The notes beneath the pieces are model-generated. The model ran no database searches, was not told the DNA's origin, and worked only from the letters and a program-made list of their open reading frames with translations. A program made the position numbers and the translations under genes. A stretch of DNA of 60,295 nucleotides, the filler included, from Sphacelaria rigidula (lineage: Eukaryota): assembly GCA_964200075.2 (NCBI GenBank). It is 8 parts of 8 records of this genome, joined end to end, with 100 filler letters (N's around TTAATTAATTAA, not from the genome) between each part and the next. Parts side by side here need not be neighbours in the genome. Positions count along the whole stretch, not along the records: positions 45,299 to 52,747 come from CAXNAA020014869.1; positions 52,848 to 60,295 come from CAXNAA020014870.1; 6 more parts are not named here. One strand, 5' to 3'. Positions 52,431 through 60,295 of this stretch are shown here, piece by piece (within the stretch, counting starts at the first letter, position 1; every line of letters begins with the position of its first letter).

Positions 52431-53742
52431 GGGCTAGCTTAAAAGCTGCTAAAACTTGCTCACGCCGCAGCTTCCCCATTTTCCCGAATGAGCCCGATGT
52501 AAGCATATCACTGTGGAGTGTAGACCAGCCTGGTGACACACGGCACCGCCGCTGAGTGAAAAAAAAAAAAGGAAAAAAATGTACTGCATAATGTATAATG
52601 ACCTTCACGACGGACGAAAAAAACAGAGAATCTGTCGGGATTCGAACTCATGACTTCCATAATTGGAGTCTCCATCACTTGATTTATAGGGGTGCAGCAG
52701 CGTCACGGAAAATGTTGAACGCACGGCCCAATTCGACGAGTCTTGCGNNNNNNNNNNNNNNNNNNNNNNNNNNNNNNNNNNNNNNNNNNNNTTAATTAAT
52801 TAANNNNNNNNNNNNNNNNNNNNNNNNNNNNNNNNNNNNNNNNNNNNAAAACAAACACAACCCCCAACCCAAAAAAAGAAAACAACCACCCTCAACGCCA
52901 CCTCTTTTTTTTTTTTTCTTATGTCAACCACATGCGTCCGTTATTTAAAACTCAACTCCTGCCCCCTCTGTCGCCTAAAAACATCCATCAATACATGGGC
53001 GGGGCGAGACAGACAAGGGCCTCGCATAGAGGTAGGTTTCAACAATCAGGAAGTTATCCTGTCAACTCTCGTTTGCACAGCTCTCCTTCTACTGTACCAA
53101 CAGCTGAAAAAGCCCGCCTGAACGCCCCCTCTCCCCGAAAAAACAAATTGGACCTCTCTAGTGATGGAAAACAAACACAAGACTCTGTGTACATACATCC
53201 AAACGTCCTGTCACGAAACAACGGGAAATCGTCGACGACATAGGTCAGGGGGCGAAGAAAGAAAAGAAAAAAAAAACTGTGAACGTGCGAAATCTCGACA
53301 TCCATCCGTCATCATCCACTCCTGTAAAAAAATCGGGAATATAGGGGGAAAGCCTCAACATGATATAAAGAGCATAAACACGCCATTCTCCCCTGACCCG
53401 ATGCATTGAGCAAACTGTTCCTAATATGATTTTCTTCAACCGAATCGACCTCCCTTCTGCCACCCCCCGGTTTCCAGCTCACCCAAAGAGCCGATGCCAC
53501 TCGAAAGCAGAAGGCAAACATGCATGCACACGATTACAAACGTGCCAGAGCAAGCAAAGGGCAAACCATTTTTCCCTCCGCACAGGAGGCACACAAAACC
53601 TCATCCACAAACGCCTTCAGTGTCCTCAGCCCCCGCCATCCCCATCTAGGCTACATGATGATCTCCCCTTTCGCGGAAAATCGATGCGGATTGACTCCAC
53701 TATTCACAAACAAACTGATCGTTGCCCCTCCCCCCCCTCCCT

Positions 53743-53812
53743 CAATGGTCAAACGACTAAGGCAAGCAACAAATGAGTACGCCCCCCCCCCCGCCCCTCC
53801 GCCCTCCTCCTC
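53743..53812 (+). mobile_element. C-tailed retroposon, minimal 3' fragment
   Basis: CAATGGTCAAACGACTAAGGCAAGCAACAAATGAGTACG-C(n) is identical to the reverse complement of the 40445 copy. It sits within a C-rich tract. Confidence 0.75.
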
Positions 53813-55931
53813 CAAATATCCCATTTCCTGCCAGGATGACGATCTGCCTTGTTGCAGCTGATGCGGTCGAGTCGGATATTATCCATTTTCACACCAAAGT
53901 GCACTCACGACAGGCAGCATCAGTAGCCATCGTCCTGGATACTTCTCATAATTAACACTGACAGCGAAAAGTGTAGGCCCCAAGCTCACCGAACACCGAA
54001 CAGAAGGGTTGCTCTCCCGTGTTCACGCGTACGCGATGCGTACGCGTGTCCAGCACTCGTCACAAATACATTGCGGTCGACGAACCAAAAAGGAATGTAT
54101 GTGCCAATCTGCGAAAAATGGGTGTACGCGCCGATCTCTGTCCCGCTAGCACACCCGGTCAGGGGACAACATGTTCACGTGTTCCCCAATTGCGTCCCTG
54201 TGCCTGTGCCGCTTGTTGAATCCCGGCTCAACCACTGGGAAAACCAACCAACACACTACACAGACAGGAACTATAGCATATATCGACATACGGCTCGAGA
54301 CACTGACGCGGGAGGGGAGGCGGGGACTACAACGACAACAAGTTGCCATGCTATCTTCTCCGCCGGGAAAAAAAACGACGCCAGGCGAACGACTCGGTCT
54401 AACATTACACGCAGGGTCGGGCCAAAAAGAACTTCGCCAAGCCGGTCACGGTACACACCACACCGCAGGCCTACAGCCGCCGTAGATTCCTCAGAGTGAT
54501 CGCGGCGCCGAGTACCACAGGCAGGGTAGCTTAGCATATCAACCGCGGAAAATGCGGAGTACTCTCGAGCACTCTGGAAGATATATCCATTGAAAACGCA
54601 CGAGCATTACGGATACGTGTATCTAGAGTCCGAGGTACGTGGAGTCGACGTCCCGTAACCTGTACCATACGTGACCCCTCACAACCCCTGCAATTTTCGC
54701 GAACACACAGGGGATGTAGGTCGCTGCCAGAGTCTACACCTGCTCGAAGCCCTCTCTTCTTAATCATCAACCTAATCACTCGTTGATTCGGGGGAGGGGA
54801 AAGGATGCAGAGAGACGACCACTTTTCCGGACAAGTCTTTCGAGAAAAATAAACAAAAAACTTTTTTGTATAGCACAGCCAGCGTACAGACACATACGGC
54901 ATGCCAAAAAAAGAGTTCAAAGGTCCGGACCGGTCCGGACCAGACCAGGCCAGAGAAAAAACGACCAAAACTGAAACGTCACCGGGACTCACGACGAGAC
55001 AGGCGATGACGACGACACTAGATAGCACCTGTACCGTACCGTACCGTATCCTACCGTACCGAAAGCGGACGAAAACACAAAACCAGAGCAAAAGCAGAAC
55101 ACACACACACAAACACGAGAGTCACGCATTTTCTTGCTTTTTTTTTTCATTTTCTATTTGCTATATATACAGCAGTACCCGCAGCAGCAACAAGGTGGGG
55201 AAAGTTCGCCTTTCGAAAATAAAAAGCAATAAAAAATTTCCCCTTCACTTATTATTTGGGGGAGGAGAGGGGTGGAGGGGCTCTTCCTTTCTTCGGAATT
55301 TTCGTTAATCTTCCAGTGACAAAACACCATGAAAGAGGCGATTCAGGTGAATCGGCACCAAAAGGAGACGGGCTACGCCCTTCAGTCCACGAGCTCGTCC
55401 CCAGGGAAGGGAACGGAAAATGATTTGAACCCACGTTCGTTTCCACTAGATTCGTAATCAACACTCATCTTGTCACAAGGGGGAAGGGGGGGGTTGAAAC
55501 CCTACTGTTTCTAACAAACGTTTAAGGGAGAGAGAGAAAAAAAAACGATTCGCGGGGGGAGACAAAAAACTTGAATCCCGAAGAGCGACTGAGGAGTAAC
55601 AGAATGAACTCAAAGGAAGCTTTTACTAGAACTACAAAAAAGAATGACAACAAAAAACACGCGACACACAAACGCTCTCCGAAAACAAATACACCATGAA
55701 CAAACGTTGACCATTCCACCGGCAGAGAGAACCAACAGCACTCTTCACTGCTCATTCTCTCTATTGAAGGATGCAAGGTCATAAAATGGTCTGAATAATA
55801 ACGGAGGACCTGTAAACCTGCAAGCCTATAAGCCTGCCCCAGGCACCGTAAGTACCCCCCCCCGCGCGCCCCCTCCCCCCAACCCCCCATGCTCCCCCCG
55901 TCGTGCCCCTGAATACTGTGCACGAACCCGC

Positions 55932-56114
55932 TTAATAGTTGAGAGCTGCAGTTCCTGCAGCAAACGCCGCGGCAGCGGCCGTAGCCGGTAGGATCTCGCT
56001 GACGATGTTCAGGGAGGGGCGACGATGCCTGATGTCAAGCTTTGACACCAGGAGTGAAATAACCGCAGTCCCATTGCCGTGTTTGTTGGACATGGCGATG
56101 TCCAGCGGCGCCTC
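55932..56114 (-). CDS. ArfGAP-ankyrin protein (ACAP-like), terminal exon
   Basis: TTCAG acceptor. Translates EAPLDIAMSNKHGNGTAVISLLV...LNY-stop, continuing an ankyrin repeat. Confidence 0.85.
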   Translation of the reverse strand, partial: EAPLDIAMSNKHGNGTAVISLLVSKLDIRHRRPSLNIVSEILPATAAAAAFAAGTAALNY

Positions 56115-56429
56115 CTGAATATTCAATAGGACATATGCACAGCAATACAAGAGATGTGATTTCCGTAAAGTATCAACTCTCTGACCTTCGGCATCGCTTC
56201 GGAATAGTTCCACCGCCTTCCACTACTCCAGTGGTTTTAAATGATTTCGACGTGGACAAGGGGGGCCGTACGCTTCCCGATCAAATACATCCTACATCAT
56301 CCACGCGTCCTCCCAGGCAAAAATCCGGGTCGAGCAACAGCCCTGAAGAGGGGTAGGGTACCCATTTCAGGAGCTCCTAGTAGTGGAATGATCGAATTAT
56401 GCATCAAGGTCCCTGGAAAGTCGGATTAG

Positions 56430-56822
56430 TAGAGCTCGGAAATGATATCTGGTATGACTGGTCATTATCGTTATAATGGTAATAATGGTAATGGTTATAT
56501 GAAAAATTGGATAATGGTTTGAAACCATTATTTACCGTTACCGGCTCCATAAGCCGTTATCAGCCACGTATCCTACATGCAGCCCTTGAAAATTGGTCCA
56601 ACTTTCACGTATTTGTTAGCTCTCGTGAAGCCAAATCGAGTAAAAACGTGCCTCCGGCACGGCGCCTCCAGCGTGACTATCCGGGGGCGCCAGGGGGATT
56701 TTTTGGCTCGTGGCTGCGCCGTTCGATGACTAGACGATTATGTACCATTCAAATGGTTAATGAATGCGCTACGCGTAACCATTCAACCGGTTATTGGTTA
56801 GACAAACCATTTCCGAGCTCTA
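56430..56822. mobile_element. Complete hAT-type MITE in the last intron of the ArfGAP gene
   Basis: TIR TAGAGCTCGGAAATG / CATTTCCGAGCTCTA with a perfect 8-bp TSD CGGATTAG. Confidence 0.95.
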
Positions 56823-57027
56823 CGGATTAGTATTTGCCGAGTCGGAGGTGAGGACGTATTGCACCGTTTGATCATTAACCACACAACACACAAAAAAGGG
56901 CGCCGGAGCTATTGCTCTATGCAGTCTTGCTGGCCGTTACACCTTCCATCATGAATTCGAGCTCGTATTTCTACGGCTTCTAGCAAATTTTACTCCGTGC
57001 AAGCTCGGTACTCCACAGCGTCCTGAC

Positions 57028-57128
57028 CTCATTGTCGCTGACGGCATCCAGTAGGCATCCATTGTTGGCCAGAAGTTCCAAAATCGCGACCTGAGAGCCA
57101 CGTGCGGCTTGGTGAGCCGCAGTGCAGC
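57028..57128 (-). CDS. ArfGAP-ankyrin protein, ankyrin-repeat exon
   Basis: ACAG acceptor and GAG|GTCAG donor. Translates (G)CTAAHQAARGSQVAILELLANNGCLLDAVSDNE. Confidence 0.88.
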
Positions 57129-57889
57129 CTGTTTCACATTTTTACAGCCACAGGACAAGAAGGGAAAAGAAAAGAAGAAGTTGCCGGATCTCTTGCTTCC
57201 ATCAGGTTGCGTCATCATCCAATATAGCTCAGGTCGCTCACTCCTAATGAGGGTGCGTTTTTATTTTCATTATATTCTCAGTTGGGTTTCTCTTTTTTCT
57301 TCCAAAAACTTCATCGGTGGATCTGCCGATTCTTGTGCGTGTTTCATGTCACTTGGTCATACTGCACCGATTACATCCTTACAACCCCTGAAACTCGTGA
57401 TACATGGCGACGCTTGCATTCAGGTCTCTAGCGCAACACACCGACACCCCTACTGGAGCAGGGCATTAATAACTCACGGGGGATTGGACGCGGACTGCTA
57501 CTGTTACCACATCATGCTACTGTCGTTGGTGACGGGGGTCGAATTTTCACATCGTTCGTGCCCCGCTTAGGTATCAACCCTTGGGTCGCCAGCATGGGTC
57601 ATCTAGTGAATCGGCATCAATTTCACTCGAAAATTTAATGCCAGAACAGTGAAACGAAGAATGGTTCAAATCACTCAGTGTCATGAGAGTAGGAGTTGGT
57701 GAAGCCACGGTAGAGTGGAGTATGACTCGTGCACAAAAACATCGCGCGCGCGCGTGTGTGTGTGTAGAAATGCCAATCTCTTGTGAAACAAAACTATTGA
57801 TTTTTCTCTTCATCTCTTCCCATGAAAAAACATGTGTGGCAGCTTCAATTATGAAATCTGATATCAGTTTACCAGCATCCCCTAATCTT

Positions 57890-58068
57890 GATAGGATGCG
57901 GCTAACTCTTCATGCGACTCGTCGAACAAATCACGGCGCTTCGCGTTCGGTGATTGATTGCGAGCCTTGTCCGGCGAAAAAACTGCGTGCTCCGTTGCGG
58001 CTTCGTAGGGATGCGAGGTCAATGACCATATGACTACGGCATGCAACATCATGAGTACCCTCCCCCCC
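57890..58068 (+). mobile_element. C-tailed retroposon 3' fragment (long type), intronic and antisense to the gene
   Basis: Aligns with the reverse complement of 8068-8245 and ends GAGTACCCTCCCCCCC. Confidence 0.75.
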
Positions 58069-58121
58069 TTGCCGTCCCTACGTACGTCATTGCATACTGG
58101 GTTCGATCAACTGTATCGTAC

Positions 58122-58246
58122 CGTCGTCCTCAGGATTGCTCCAGTTCACGTCCGCGCCATGCGTCATGCTCCACAACACCTGTTCCATTTCTCCCGTTTT
58201 GCAAGCCCTGAACAACTCACGACTCGCCGCTAGTGTGGCCTTCTCG
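58122..58246 (-). CDS. ArfGAP-ankyrin protein, first ankyrin exon
   Basis: Pyrimidine tract + GCAG acceptor and G|GTACG donor. Translates ELFRACKTGEMEQVLWSMTHGADVNWSNPEDDG, like the ACAP-family AHGADVNW motif. Confidence 0.88.
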
Positions 58247-59162
58247 CTGCGAATCAACGAAGAAACAGAACAAAAAATAACGAATAAGAGGCAATAAAAT
58301 GGAAGAGGAAAGCAAGAGTGGCTTTACAACTAACTACTCACGTGAAAAAGGGTCAGGAGCAGAAAAAAAAAAGAGCAGTGTAGCTCCATTGCTGCAGGTG
58401 TTGAAAAAAATAAAACGGAAAAATAACGATCGCCGTTTTCTTCAGGATCGTTCTTCAGCATGTTAATCATGTCACTTTTCATTATTTTCAGTTCGCCGTA
58501 CCCTTGCTTAGTCCTTCATTTTCAACTTCCCTTTCCCGAGTTTTTCTTTCCTTCAGCGCGTTCAGCCCGTTTATTTACCTTAGACACACCTCTCTCGTAA
58601 ATACCGCTGGATTCCTAGAAGATGCGCTAACGTGCCACAACCAATCCATCGATTTTTATTATTTTCATCATTATTAATTCCGCATATTAGTCCGATCTCT
58701 CGAACCCGTGGTCACAGAAGTAGGCTCGCTATCCAATACCGCCCGAGTACAACCACCAATCAGACATGGGCAGCAGTGAACCAACTACGCACATGACGAC
58801 AGAGGTACACTATACCACACACGAGGCGCTGCACCACCGACAAGTGGCGTGCATGAGCTATAGGAAAACTCCCCACCGGAATCATGACGGATTCGCCACC
58901 GAACTATGACACCTCCACCACTAGATCATGACGGATTGGAAACATATACTCACGGGTGTTATTGCGATGGAGTACTGTCCGCGCCAGATGATGACGTTTC
59001 GTAACGTTGATTGATTAATCAATTGATCCGGTATGGCTTCGTATGCCAACCAAAAAATCCCCCACTTCCGGTTACACCCTTTCTGAATATACCATAATCT
59101 GAAAGATTTTTTTTTTTACAAATACACACAAGTTTTACGGCGAGCATGCCATGGATATATAC

Positions 59163-59250
59163 CTGGGGTCCAGCTGCGGATCCAGGAACGATCTCTTCAC
59201 GTATTTTGCCCGAATGAAGTCTTCTCGAGATGCACGGTCAGCATCCGGTC
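59163..59250 (-). CDS. ArfGAP-ankyrin protein, ArfGAP C-terminal exon
   Basis: TAG acceptor and AG|GTATA donor. Translates PDADRASREDFIRAKYVKRSFLDP, the ArfGAP RExFIRAKY motif. Phases join through all four exons. Confidence 0.88.
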
Positions 59251-60295
59251 CTATTCTCAAAGACACTGTTGCCCTGGCATTTGCTTCCCATATCTGTCAC
59301 CCAACAACATAAATAACGGGGGGGTGTGGGGACAAAGGTTAGGGGTCTTCATCACTACTATCATTGTAGTATTAGTATAGATGATATTATTACCGTGTCT
59401 GTTCTCCCTAGAAAATCTCCGAATTATTCGGGAAAGAAAAGAAAAAAAAACTGAATGAAAATGTGACAAGTTTTTTCAACGGGGTTGGGCAATAGATTAA
59501 ACCCTTTTGGGACTGAAGCTCACTCACACCACGTTCACGACGTGTTAGTTAAATAATAATAAACAAGTCTGGGAGCGACATGTTCAATCAGGGCGAGGCG
59601 AAATTTATCGACCACATCAGAACGACGAGTGGGGGGAAGGCTGTTGCCGGGAGTGATGTCACTGCAAAGTTGATGTACCCTGTCCCTGGCCCACAGAAAA
59701 GCCTTCGAAGTAAAATAAAGCCTACGTTCTCGGGGGCCGGATTCCCGAAATTTTCATCATTTACGTGCATTTCAGGTACACCGAGCTACGCATGGTTGCT
59801 CCAGATAAGCTGAAGAGCTGCGGGAGCTACGCCGATCTTGGAGTTGTTTCTGTTCCGATGCTCATCCACGTTGATTTTGTACGTACGTGACGATGGTTAG
59901 ATGTCAACAACCTGTGTTCCCTTTCGAGTAGCGATGGAACTACTTTTTGTAAACATCAACATGGCTACATGAGAAGTCATCCGCATCATCGCCACCACAT
60001 ACGCACACACAACGATACACACACAATTCGCCCTGCATGGTGACCGCGGGGGGCAGCAGCTCTAGCGGCGCTTCAGTAGGAAATAACTGCTTGATCCTCC
60101 ACGTCTTTTGTCTTCTTAAACCAATCGCGACGTTACTTGAGGTTCGAGTCGTTGGTAGGCCCGACCTCCCATCCCCCGAATTTTTTTTCGGGTCACCATC
60201 CTATAGTAAATCCTAGTTGATAGCACTAACATGTCATGCTCGGGGGAAATGCGGAAATAAATGTACCCCACTATATATGTAGTCATGTTCACATG

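Overview
Eukaryotic, intron-rich and transposon-rich DNA. A brown-alga-like stramenopile origin is my inference from composition, long GT-AG introns and repeat style. The window is not one locus. It is eight contigs of 7450, 7450, 7450, 7450, 7449, 7449, 7449 and 7448 bp, joined in descending length by 100-bp artificial linkers (N44-TTAATTAATTAA-N44). The ORF track misses most of the real genes, which appear only after splicing by eye: the 3' exons of a DUSP-domain protein (+), four exons of a coiled-coil/low-complexity protein (-), the first exon of an importin-5-like gene (+), and four 3' exons of an ArfGAP-ankyrin (ACAP-like) gene (-). The rest is mobile DNA: a tRNA-headed SINE (5 copies), Harbinger-, hAT- and mariner-type MITEs (three of them stacked or nested), and decayed coding relics. 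The most unusual signal is a non-LTR retroposon family with 7 fragments in 4 contigs. It has 11-bp TSDs, a reading frame that runs almost to its 3' end, and an oligo(C) rather than poly(A) terminus. I found no CRISPR array, rRNA or intact tRNA gene.
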